Below the pieces are notes generated by a model, which saw only the letters and a list, made by a program, of their open reading frames with translations, was not told the origin of the DNA and searched no databases. This document shows, one piece after another, positions 19,728 to 28,471 of a stretch of DNA of 64,000 bases (positions within the stretch are counted from its first letter, which is position 1; every line of letters begins with the position of its first letter). The stretch spans positions 7,958 to 71,957 of the forward strand of contig CAZTHK010000005.1 in assembly GCA_964613215.1 (NCBI GenBank). The letters are read 5' to 3'. The stretch comes from an uncultured bacterium. Its GTDB lineage: Bacteria > Krumholzibacteriota > Krumholzibacteriia > Krumholzibacteriales > CAZTHK01. Made by a program: the position numbers and the translations under genes.

Positions 19728-21335
19728 TCAGTCAACTTTTTCGATAGGTTCCCATTCTGCTATACTCTCCATTCTGACTCTGCATTTATCTTCCTTGACC
19801 CATCTGTGGCTATAATTGTAGCCCCAGCCTATGTATTCTGAACCTCCCCCTCCGGTGGTAGTTATCAGAAACCTGTTTGAAATTCCACCGAAAGCCAGGG
19901 CCTGATCTGCCGGCAGGTCCTTGTCCCCCGCATTGGGATCAACGGGGATCCAGCCGTATTCGGGAATATATATCTCACACCAGCGATGAAAGACCTCGTC
20001 ATAGCTTGCCTCATCACCGCGAACCACCAGTGAACCCACATATCTTGCAGGGACTCCGGCAGCTCTGCAGAGAGCAATGTAACAGAATGAATATTCAGAA
20101 CATGAACCGGTACCCCTTTTGAGAACTGTTACCGCTGTATCCCAGCCCCCGATGAGTTCATACTCCACGTTGGATATCAGATATTGATACAGTTTTCTGG
20201 CTTTCCAGTATGGATTGGTTTCCTTGCCGGCAACCCGGCTGACTATATCCTGGATATAGGGATGGTGAATGTCGAACTTCCTGTCATCCGCCAGGTATTT
20301 TTGTTTTATCTCTTCCGGTATTTCCTTATCGATCTCCCCGGGGTATATGAAGTAGCGTATGGCTGAAGTTTCCAATTCTGCTGTCATGGATATATCTATG
20401 GACTGAGCGTTTTTAAGGTGTTCCAGGTGGAATACCGCCACCTTCTGTCCCCATGAATCCTTTACCAGTTCTGACGGTTCAGGGTGGAATTCCAGGGGTG
20501 AGAGGAGCTTCTGGTTGGGCCGGTCCGAAGGAATGGCATAGAATACATCCAGGCTTACCACTTTCCCCGGTCCCAGTACCACACCCTCGGTGAAGAATTG
20601 TACCCTCGCCCTGCGGGGATCGAAGGTAATGAACTTTTCACAGTCCCTGGTGAGTATTTCGTATACCGAATCATCCTGGTAGTCAGTAGTATAAAGGCGG
20701 CCCTGATTCCAGGCCAGTCCCCAGCTGAAGGGGCCCGGTGAATTTATAATGTTGATAACATGGCCATTGTGAGGGTCAATCATGTATATTTCATCTCTGA
20801 TTCTGTCAGAACACCAGAGATAGCCGTTTCCGAAGGTAATGCCCCGGGGGTCTACTGCCGGAGCCGGAAATGATTGAAGGGTAGTGCCGTCTTCCGGATC
20901 TATTCTGATGATCCTGTCCAGCCGGTTATCTGATATCCAGAGCTGATCTCCATTCCAGGCTATCCCGCTGGGACTGGGTGAAGGGGAGCTGAGAGTCTTT
21001 ACCGTAAGCCCATTTTCCGGGTTGGTGGCATATATCTTTCCTTCACCGGGGTCGGTACTCCACAGCAGACCGTCATGCAGGGCAAGCCCGGAGGGGAAGT
21101 AGGCTGGTGATACTACTGATTTAACTATGGCGGGATCGGGATAATGAATCAGATGGAAGGAATCTGTTTTTCTGTCCGCCAGCCAGATGTGGTTGTTCCG
21201 GCAGGTAATTCCGGTAGGGTGGGATATATTGAGTTTTACCTCTTTAATAATATCACCAGGTTTAGAACTGGCTTCTACGGGCAGGAAAATAGAAGGGAAT
21301 ATCACCAAGAAAATGAGCAACCGCTTCATATCCAA
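19728..21335 (-). CDS. Secreted beta-propeller + transglutaminase-like domain protein
   Basis: Signal peptide; five PxGI/LAWxxxxLWxxD repeats; GSCSEY, HRWCE, GWIPVDP Cys-His-Asp triad. Confidence 0.88.
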   Translation of the reverse strand: MDMKRLLIFLVIFPSIFLPVEASSKPGDIIKEVKLNISHPTGITCRNNHIWLADRKTDSFHLIHYPDPAIVKSVVSPAYFPSGLALHDGLLWSTDPGEGKIYATNPENGLTVKTLSSPSPSPSGIAWNGDQLWISDNRLDRIIRIDPEDGTTLQSFPAPAVDPRGITFGNGYLWCSDRIRDEIYMIDPHNGHVINIINSPGPFSWGLAWNQGRLYTTDYQDDSVYEILTRDCEKFITFDPRRARVQFFTEGVVLGPGKVVSLDVFYAIPSDRPNQKLLSPLEFHPEPSELVKDSWGQKVAVFHLEHLKNAQSIDISMTAELETSAIRYFIYPGEIDKEIPEEIKQKYLADDRKFDIHHPYIQDIVSRVAGKETNPYWKARKLYQYLISNVEYELIGGWDTAVTVLKRGTGSCSEYSFCYIALCRAAGVPARYVGSLVVRGDEASYDEVFHRWCEIYIPEYGWIPVDPNAGDKDLPADQALAFGGISNRFLITTTGGGGSEYIGWGYNYSHRWVKEDKCRVRMESIAEWEPIEKVD

Positions 21336-21584
21336 TCATCTCCCTTGCAAGAAAACGATATCGAGAGAATTCTATAATAAATTAATTTACAGGTCAACCT
21401 ATTTAGCAGAAATTTTAACAGCTTACTCATCATCTGAAAGGTTCCCCGCTGCCTGTTGATAGCATGAAAGTGGCTGCCCGGTGTATTATTAAAGAGAGGC
21501 AGGGGTTTATTTATTTACATAATCAGGGCCGGCTGGTATTATTAATCAGGATTGAGTTAACCTTTTATATGGGCATGTGGACTG

Positions 21585-23285
21585 ATGTCATTCAGAAAAT
21601 TCCTCTCTGCCGTACTGCTGATCTCTGTTTCCCTGTATATATATCCCTCCATGGTTTATCCAGGCTCCGGGGAATTAATTGTGGAGGATGGGGATATGGT
21701 GGTAACCGCCTCTCCCCGTGCTACCGGAGCCGGTGTCGGTATATTGAAACAGGGGGGGAATGCGATTGATGCAGCAGTGGCCGTAGGTTTTGCCCTGGCC
21801 GTTACCTATCCCTCGGCTGGAAATATCGGAGGAGGCGGATTCATGCTGATACGCAGCAGTGAAGGAGAGGTGAGTTTTCTGGATTTCAGGGAGAAGGCTC
21901 CCCTGAAGGCTTCCCGGGATATGTATCTGGACAGTGAGGGTGAGGTGGTAGAGGGATCAAGTACTGCCGGACACCTGGCTTCGGGAGTACCGGGCACAGT
22001 AGCCGGTTTGTATCAGGCTCATTCAAGATACGGTGTTCTGGAGTGGAGCAGAGTTATTAAGCCTGCCATTCAGCTGGCGGAAAATGGATTCGAGGTGGAT
22101 AGGCACCTGGCTTTGAAATTGGAAAAATTGGAAAAATTCCGGAAGAAGTTTCCCGGACTAAGAGTGTTCCTGGACAAATACGGAAAAGCCCCGGCGGAGG
22201 GAGCACTGTTCAGACAGCCCGAACTGGCCGCCACTCTGAGAAGAATATCCGCTGAAGGCAGAGATGGATTTTACCGGGGTAAAACTGCCGGCTTGATAAT
22301 AGAAGAGATGAAAAGCGGAAACGGGCTGATAACCGGAAAGGATCTGGAAAGCTACTCTGCGGTGGAGCGAAAACCGGTGGAAGGGTCCTACCGTAATTTC
22401 ACTGTAATATCCGCGCCACCTCCCAGTTCAGGTGGTATTATCCTCATAGAGATTCTGAATATGCTGGAGGGTTTCTGTATCGGGCAGGCCGGGTTTCTGT
22501 CCCCTCGGGATATCCATTATATAGTGGAGTCCGAGAGGAGGGCTTACGCAGACCGGGCCCGCTATCTGGGGGATCCTGATTTCTGCCGGGTACCGGCGGA
22601 GAGTCTCACCAGCAAGTATTACGCTGAAAGGCTGATTGAGTCAATAGGCCGCCGGGCCACACCTTCGGAAGATGTTGAAGATATTCTTCAATATCATGAA
22701 CATGAGGAAACCACGCACTACTCCATCATCGACCGTTCAGGGAATGCGGTTGCTGTAACCACTACTCTGAATGGTTCATTCGGATCGAAGGTGGTTGTGG
22801 AGGGGGGAGGATTTCTGATGAACAATGAGATGGATGATTTCTCTATAAAACCGGGGGTCCCGAATATGTACGGCCTGGTAGGAGATGTGGCCAACCAGAT
22901 AGAACCGGGGAAAAGGATGCTCAGTTCTATGTCTCCGACCATGGTCCTGGATAGAGGGGAGATATATCTGGTTGTGGGAACACCGGGCGGAGCAACTATT
23001 ATAACTACAGTGGCACAGATCATACTTAACATGATTGATTATGGCATGGATCCACACCAGGCTGTATCAGCTCCAAGATTTCATCATCAGTGGTTACCGG
23101 ATCTGGTCTACCATGAAGATGGCGCTTTCGACAGGAAATTGATGGATGAACTCGAATCCATGGGATATAATCTCAAGAATAGAAGTTTAATAGGAGATGT
23201 TCAACTCATAGAGATCCGGGATTCAAGGATAACCGGCGTTCCGGATCCACGAGGGGGAGGAACAGCAGGTTCATCTTCTCACTGA
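21585..23285 (+). CDS. ggt: Gamma-glutamyltransferase
   Basis: GGNAIDAAVA, DFREKAP, ETTHYSI (autoproteolytic Thr), NNEMDDFS, KRMLSSMSPT, GTPGG. Confidence 0.97.
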   Translation: MSFRKFLSAVLLISVSLYIYPSMVYPGSGELIVEDGDMVVTASPRATGAGVGILKQGGNAIDAAVAVGFALAVTYPSAGNIGGGGFMLIRSSEGEVSFLDFREKAPLKASRDMYLDSEGEVVEGSSTAGHLASGVPGTVAGLYQAHSRYGVLEWSRVIKPAIQLAENGFEVDRHLALKLEKLEKFRKKFPGLRVFLDKYGKAPAEGALFRQPELAATLRRISAEGRDGFYRGKTAGLIIEEMKSGNGLITGKDLESYSAVERKPVEGSYRNFTVISAPPPSSGGIILIEILNMLEGFCIGQAGFLSPRDIHYIVESERRAYADRARYLGDPDFCRVPAESLTSKYYAERLIESIGRRATPSEDVEDILQYHEHEETTHYSIIDRSGNAVAVTTTLNGSFGSKVVVEGGGFLMNNEMDDFSIKPGVPNMYGLVGDVANQIEPGKRMLSSMSPTMVLDRGEIYLVVGTPGGATIITTVAQIILNMIDYGMDPHQAVSAPRFHHQWLPDLVYHEDGAFDRKLMDELESMGYNLKNRSLIGDVQLIEIRDSRITGVPDPRGGGTAGSSSH

Positions 23286-23378
23286 CTGACAGTCCTTTTA
23301 CGGGGGGTTATTATACCTGTGGTAATATGGTAGAAGATAAATACGGATTTAAGGTTATGAGAACGAAAGGAGATTAGG

Positions 23379-24167
23379 ATGTTTGGATCAACCGGACTGA
23401 AGTGGATGGTTGCAGCAGTAATTTTTCTGATAATCTTTCCGGTAGTTCCCTCAGTGGCGGGTCAGAAGGATAAACTCGATCCCTATGTGATGCGGGATGC
23501 CTTCGACCGCTTTCCTCTGGCCAGGGTGGTACCACTCGATAATGGAAAGGCCTGGGGTTTGATGTACGCTGATACCCATGGAAACCTCCATCTGAACAGG
23601 GCGACCACAGAGGGATGGAAGCAGGAATGGCAGCTTACCAGCCTTAATTCAAAGATCCGGAGGTTTTTCTATACCGATATAGAGGACGACGGAGTATATG
23701 AGATTATTGTTGCTACCATGAATGGAAGGATACTCATATACAGCGCTGCAGACTACAGTAATTTATGGGAAAATCTGGAGGATGATTTTACTTCCATAGA
23801 GGCTTTCGATGTCAGGAATATCGATAACGATGTCCAGCTGGAGTTTATATTTCTGGCCGATGAAATCCTATATATATATGATGGAGTAAATCAATCCATG
23901 CAGTGGAGGAGCGACCGCAAGTTTGAGGCGAGTGAATTGATCGTGGAGAATGTTGATGACGACGACCAATTGGAGATCATACTTAACACCGGTGTAGTAA
24001 TAGATACAAAATTCATGACGGTGGAGGTGGAATGGGATCGTCCCTTCGGGAAGAGGATAACTGTCTTCGATATGAATAACGATGGTTTTCAGGAGGTCAT
24101 AGGAGAATTTTCCGATTATTCCCTGAGGATATTCGACGTTTATACCAGAAGAGAGGTTTGGTATTGA
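23379..24167 (+). CDS. Secreted FG-GAP/VCBS-like repeat protein
   Basis: Signal peptide; four DxDxDG-like loops (DIEDDGVYEI, NIDNDVQLEF, NVDDDDQLEI, DMNNDGFQEV). Confidence 0.7.
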   Translation: MFGSTGLKWMVAAVIFLIIFPVVPSVAGQKDKLDPYVMRDAFDRFPLARVVPLDNGKAWGLMYADTHGNLHLNRATTEGWKQEWQLTSLNSKIRRFFYTDIEDDGVYEIIVATMNGRILIYSAADYSNLWENLEDDFTSIEAFDVRNIDNDVQLEFIFLADEILYIYDGVNQSMQWRSDRKFEASELIVENVDDDDQLEIILNTGVVIDTKFMTVEVEWDRPFGKRITVFDMNNDGFQEVIGEFSDYSLRIFDVYTRREVWY

Positions 24168-24169
24168 TC

Positions 24170-24586
24170 ATGGCTGTCTATGGAAGGGTAATAAGAATTT
24201 TCAATGAGACCACCATACTGGTAAATGCAGGAAGGAAGGAAGGGTTAACCATGGGAGACCGGGTGGTGGTTATAGAAAAGGGGGATGAAGTTAAAGATCC
24301 TGAATCGGGTGAATCCCTGGGTGAATTAGAATTGGTCAAAGCGGAACTGAGAGCCACAGATGTTCAGGAGAGAATGAGTATTCTCAAGAGCCTGGTAAAG
24401 AAGGATACCTCCAATGTCCCCTTAAGTTCAAGAATGATAGAGGATTCCATTAGAGTAAGATATTCGGAAGAGAAGATGATAGTGGCGGCCGGAGAGATGT
24501 CAGGAATGCCATCCCCTTCTCCGGTAAAGGTTGGCGATACAGTAAGATTTGAGGAGAAATCTTTAAAAGAATCTTTTAAAGATTAA
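24170..24586 (+). CDS. Stand-alone FlgT C-terminal-like beta-barrel domain protein
   Basis: LVNAGRKEGLTMGD...KDPESGESLG...VKVGDTVR pattern; ATG 2 nt after the upstream stop. Confidence 0.6.
   Translation: MAVYGRVIRIFNETTILVNAGRKEGLTMGDRVVVIEKGDEVKDPESGESLGELELVKAELRATDVQERMSILKSLVKKDTSNVPLSSRMIEDSIRVRYSEEKMIVAAGEMSGMPSPSPVKVGDTVRFEEKSLKESFKD
24558..24584. repeat. Perfect 13-1-13 inverted repeat
   Basis: AATCTTTAAAAGA-A-TCTTTTAAAGATT. Confidence 0.85.
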
Positions 24587-24608
24587 CCTTTAAGTTATTC
24601 GCCACATA

Positions 24609-24617
24609 TGGTATAAT
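24609..24617 (+). promoter_or_regulatory. Extended -10 promoter element for the secreted paralogue pair
   Basis: TG-G-TATAAT about 55 nt upstream of ATG 24674, followed by an AAGGAGG SD. Confidence 0.55.
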
Positions 24618-24673
24618 ACACCCATAATTTAGCAGCCTTATTAACCTATTATAGTTTAAGGAGGGGGAAATTA

Positions 24674-25378
24674 ATGAAGAAAAGTGCTATTTTAGCGGGC
24701 CTGGTCTGCGGAATGCTTTTAATGGCACTCACATCCGGTTACGGGACAGAATTCCGTACCGAGACATTCGCTCTGGATGGAAATGGTTCCTTCATGGACT
24801 ATTCTCCAACATTCAGCGGCGATATTATCGGGGGAACCCTGTCTCCGGGGACATTCTGGATAGAGTTCGATGATACAGGATGGCCGCAGGATGATCCGGG
24901 AACCCCGGAGAATGAGAGATTCGACTACATTTTCAGTCATTATTTCACTTATGACGACACCGAAGGAAGCGAGGGATGGGATGGTTATTTCCCTCCCCCC
25001 GGATCGGGTGAACCTGCTCCCACCTGGCGTTTCTATACAGACGCCGGTGACACACTGGGCGGCCTCTGCCCCGCATTTACCATAAGCATCAGGGATTTCG
25101 ACGCCGATGGCATCCTGGATGACAATGAATATCAGTCCAAGGTTATAGCAACTAATCTGGTAGCTTATATCAACTTCAGCGGAGGTTGTTTCCACAGCTG
25201 GTGTGGTCAGGGAAACTGCCACGGAGATCTGGACCTGGTAGATGAATCAACATGGGAAGAGAGACTTTATGTGCCTTCAGCTTCTTCCGCTTCGGGTGTA
25301 TTGCAGATGAGAGACGACAATTGCAACGTTGGTGTAATGAAGTCAACCTGGGGCAAAATAAAGGATTTATACAAATAA
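24674..25378 (+). CDS. Secreted acidic protein with C-terminal STWGKIKDLY tail (paralogue 1)
   Basis: Signal peptide, DFDADGILD loop, several Cys, C-terminus CNVGVMKSTWGKIKDLYK. Confidence 0.85.
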   Translation: MKKSAILAGLVCGMLLMALTSGYGTEFRTETFALDGNGSFMDYSPTFSGDIIGGTLSPGTFWIEFDDTGWPQDDPGTPENERFDYIFSHYFTYDDTEGSEGWDGYFPPPGSGEPAPTWRFYTDAGDTLGGLCPAFTISIRDFDADGILDDNEYQSKVIATNLVAYINFSGGCFHSWCGQGNCHGDLDLVDESTWEERLYVPSASSASGVLQMRDDNCNVGVMKSTWGKIKDLYK

Positions 25379-25409
25379 TCAGGAAGAAGCAGAAAGGATG
25401 TGATTTATA

Positions 25410-26084
25410 ATGAAAAACTTATTTATAAAGTATATCTTCCTTGTTACCATACTGGCCATTATTCCATGCTATGCCAGTGCTCAACTGCCGGATACACTGG
25501 ATATTCAATTTCAATTCGAAGGATTTGGAAATATGATAACGGATTCACCTCCGTATTATTCCGGTGATGTAGTGGATGGAGATCCTCTGGTCGACGGCGG
25601 CACCTGGTGGACCCAGATAGATGATACCGGCTGGCCCGGTACAGGCGATCCCGATACCAGGTGGAATTATATTTTTGATAATTTCTTTGTTTATGATTCC
25701 TACAGTTACAACTGGACAGCGGTATTCGATGGTAATTCCCTGGCGGAGAAACCAACCTGGGGGCTTACCTCGCAGAATGGCAGCACCATGGGTGGAACGC
25801 TGGTAATAACCTTTACGTTCTCCGATTGGGATATGGACGGGATACTGGATATAGAGGAGAGAACATCCGGTATGTTCTCCGGGACCATGATGGTTATGAA
25901 ATACGGAACCGGAGATTTTGCCAAGTATTGCGGTGACGGTTCATACAACGGCACTCTGCAGAACAGCGACCCGGCTAATTATGTTGATGACTATGTTTCG
26001 GGCAACTGCGATCTCGGCCTGATCAACTGTGAGATTTCCGTCGATGATCTGAGCTGGGGATCAATCAAGGAAATGTACAGATAA
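25410..26084 (+). CDS. Secreted acidic protein with C-terminal SWGSIKEMY tail (paralogue 2)
   Basis: Signal peptide; shares DDTGWP, YIF..YD, DxDxDGILD and CGxG blocks with the upstream gene; C-terminus CEISVDDLSWGSIKEMYR. Confidence 0.85.
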   Translation: MKNLFIKYIFLVTILAIIPCYASAQLPDTLDIQFQFEGFGNMITDSPPYYSGDVVDGDPLVDGGTWWTQIDDTGWPGTGDPDTRWNYIFDNFFVYDSYSYNWTAVFDGNSLAEKPTWGLTSQNGSTMGGTLVITFTFSDWDMDGILDIEERTSGMFSGTMMVMKYGTGDFAKYCGDGSYNGTLQNSDPANYVDDYVSGNCDLGLINCEISVDDLSWGSIKEMYR

Positions 26085-26158
26085 TACTTTAACCGGCCTG
26101 AATTGATGGCACCGGCTGTCATATTCAGACTATAACGGTCCGGAGTGGGATTTCAGTA

Positions 26159-26806
26159 CTATCTCGGTTTAAAGCCGATGGTTAACTCAACCCACATGGA
26201 CTGAGGAACGCCATTTAGCCTGCCGGGTGTAAATTGAATCCGGCGGGCTGAAGATACGGCGATCCGGGTGAGCCTTGGATGGGAAAGTCCTTTAAGTACC
26301 TCTACTTGTTGGACTTTGCCATCCTTGTCTACAAAGAGCTTCAGTTTGACCTTGCCCTCCACTTCCCCTTCGAACCATTCCGGATATTCAGGCCAGGGGA
26401 TGTATATTGGTTTTGGTTTAACAGTATTTACACTGCTTCCTTTGAGAGCGTCGCTCCCGCCACTTTTAGCCGGTTCAATTGGTTTGATGCTTTCGTCCAG
26501 TTCAGAGTAATCGTAGGGGATATATTCCCCGGTAGGTTCTTCATCCGGCTCCTCCAGCCTCCTGACCTCTCTCCCTGTGGTGGGGGAGGGTTGTTCGAAA
26601 TCCACCACGGAAAATGGCTTTTTCCGAAAGGGAGTGTATGATTCTCCCTGTTCACCCGGCATTTCTTTATCCAGAAACTGGAGATAGTCGAGTTTGAAGA
26701 ATATTATGAAAGAAAGGTGTATAACTATGGCGATAACTATAACAGCTACCCATTTGAAGGGATGAGTTTTGTATCTGGTGGATCCGGTACCATTTTCTAT
26801 TTTCAT
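26159..26806 (-). CDS. TonB family energy transducer
   Basis: N-terminal TM helix with His (IVIHL), Pro/Glu linker, PEYP...EGKVKLKLFVDKDGKV...FTPG TonB C-domain. Confidence 0.85.
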   Translation of the reverse strand: MKIENGTGSTRYKTHPFKWVAVIVIAIVIHLSFIIFFKLDYLQFLDKEMPGEQGESYTPFRKKPFSVVDFEQPSPTTGREVRRLEEPDEEPTGEYIPYDYSELDESIKPIEPAKSGGSDALKGSSVNTVKPKPIYIPWPEYPEWFEGEVEGKVKLKLFVDKDGKVQQVEVLKGLSHPRLTRIAVSSARRIQFTPGRLNGVPQSMWVELTIGFKPR

Positions 26807-26922
26807 ATTGTATTACTCATCGATAAGTGATAATTATACTATGTGAAGCAGATATTAGTCCACTGTTATAAGTATAGTTATTGTGAAGAGTATATTCAAG
26901 AGGACTGGTTAGAAGATCCGAG

Positions 26923-27552
26923 ATGAGAGTATTTCTGCAGAAAGATCTTACTGTTCCCAATGTGATAACATTCTTCAGAATACTTATGGCGCTGACAGCA
27001 GGACTAATGTTTTTTCTGGGGAGGGAAACGGAGATTGCTGCAGGCTTATGTATAGTGGCATCGTCTCTCGATTATTTCGACGGTTGGTATGCCAGGAAGT
27101 ACAGCCAGAAGACCAAGTTGGGGGCTCATCTTGATCCCTTCGCCGATAAGGTCCTGAATACAGTAGTGTTTATTGCTTTAGGGGTAGTATTGAATTGGCT
27201 GTGGTTATGGCTTTTCATAGGTATTATTGTTATGCGTGAAGTCACTATTACAATATACCGGATGAAGGTGAAGAGAAATAGTGGCATATTCATTCCTGCC
27301 AGCAGAATGGGTAAACTGAAAACAGCTCTTCAATGCCTGGTGGGTGATGTTCTTATCTTTTACATATTTATATATCCGGGAACCATTCCTGGAAACCAAT
27401 GGTTGATTTTCGTTTTTATGACTGTAACCCTGTTTATAACGGTTGATTCGGGGTTGCGTTACCTGCTGCCCAACTGTTCTGACGGAAAGAAGAGATCGGT
27501 TCTGGAACGTTTGTATCAGTGGGTATTTAACATGGGAGCAAAGGGGGTATAA
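26923..27552 (+). CDS. pgsA: CDP-alcohol phosphatidyltransferase (PgsA-like)
   Basis: PNVITFFR, DYFDGWYARK...GAHLDPFADK, GKLKT. Confidence 0.85.
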   Translation: MRVFLQKDLTVPNVITFFRILMALTAGLMFFLGRETEIAAGLCIVASSLDYFDGWYARKYSQKTKLGAHLDPFADKVLNTVVFIALGVVLNWLWLWLFIGIIVMREVTITIYRMKVKRNSGIFIPASRMGKLKTALQCLVGDVLIFYIFIYPGTIPGNQWLIFVFMTVTLFITVDSGLRYLLPNCSDGKKRSVLERLYQWVFNMGAKGV

Positions 27553-27555
27553 CCT

Positions 27556-28083
27556 ATGGATATCTATCAGGCTATAAAAGCCAGAACAAGTATAAGAAAA
27601 TACAAGGATAGAGGGATAGAGGATGATAAGCTTAATCGGGTTCTGGATGCTGCCAGGCTTGCCCCCTCCGGCAAGAATGGACAACCGTGGACATATATAG
27701 TGGTAACTGATCCTGATATCAGAAAGAAACTGGTTCCGGCATGCAAGGGCCAGCAGTTTGTAGGGGAGGCTCCTGTGGTCATAGTGGCATGCGGAGATGA
27801 AAGTTCAGCTTATCAGAAGATGGGGGGATACTGGAACAGCCTGCCTGTGGATATCGGAATCAGCCTGGAGCACCTGATGCTTGCAGCGACAGCCGAAGGA
27901 TTGGGAACCTGCTGGATCGGAGCTTTTTTGGAAGAGGATGTTAAATCCATACTGGATATACCAGAGGATATAAAGGTGGTAGCCATAACACCATTAGGCT
28001 ATCCGGACCGGGAAATTTCACCTACTCCCCGCAAGGAACTCCGGGAGATATTGATGCGGAACAAGTGGGGATCCGGTTGGTAG
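27556..28083 (+). CDS. Nitroreductase family protein
   Basis: RTSIRKY, APSGKNGQPW, EGLGTCWIG, LGYP. Confidence 0.92.
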   Translation: MDIYQAIKARTSIRKYKDRGIEDDKLNRVLDAARLAPSGKNGQPWTYIVVTDPDIRKKLVPACKGQQFVGEAPVVIVACGDESSAYQKMGGYWNSLPVDIGISLEHLMLAATAEGLGTCWIGAFLEEDVKSILDIPEDIKVVAITPLGYPDREISPTPRKELREILMRNKWGSGW

Positions 28084-28087
28084 GATT

Positions 28088-28471
28088 ATGAACAGGAAAC
28101 TGCTGGTAATAATTATTATAGGATCCCTGATTAGCTCGCAACAGGTGATAGCCGGGGAAACCATTTTCACCCGGGAAGGGCAAAAGAGCCTGAGTGATAT
28201 GGCAATGAAACCATTCCCGGGGAATGCCGGAAGAGAGTTGCCCTTAAGTATCTCTCAGCCCGATTCGGTGGAATCAACAGAGGTCGACGTTATCAAGCTG
28301 GAGGATGAGGACAGAAGCCTTTACAGGGAGATCGCCGCCTACACTATCCTGACCGCGGCTGCGGTTTATACTCTCTACGTTTTATTTTCACCGGATGACG
28401 GGGAGGAGGAAGACAATCAGGCAGGAAAACCTGTACCTGGATTAAGTGTATCTATTCCTCTTTCGCACTGA
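28088..28471 (+). CDS. Hypothetical exported/membrane protein
   Basis: Signal peptide plus one internal hydrophobic helix; follows the nitroreductase by 4 nt. Confidence 0.65.
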   Translation: MNRKLLVIIIIGSLISSQQVIAGETIFTREGQKSLSDMAMKPFPGNAGRELPLSISQPDSVESTEVDVIKLEDEDRSLYREIAAYTILTAAAVYTLYVLFSPDDGEEEDNQAGKPVPGLSVSIPLSH

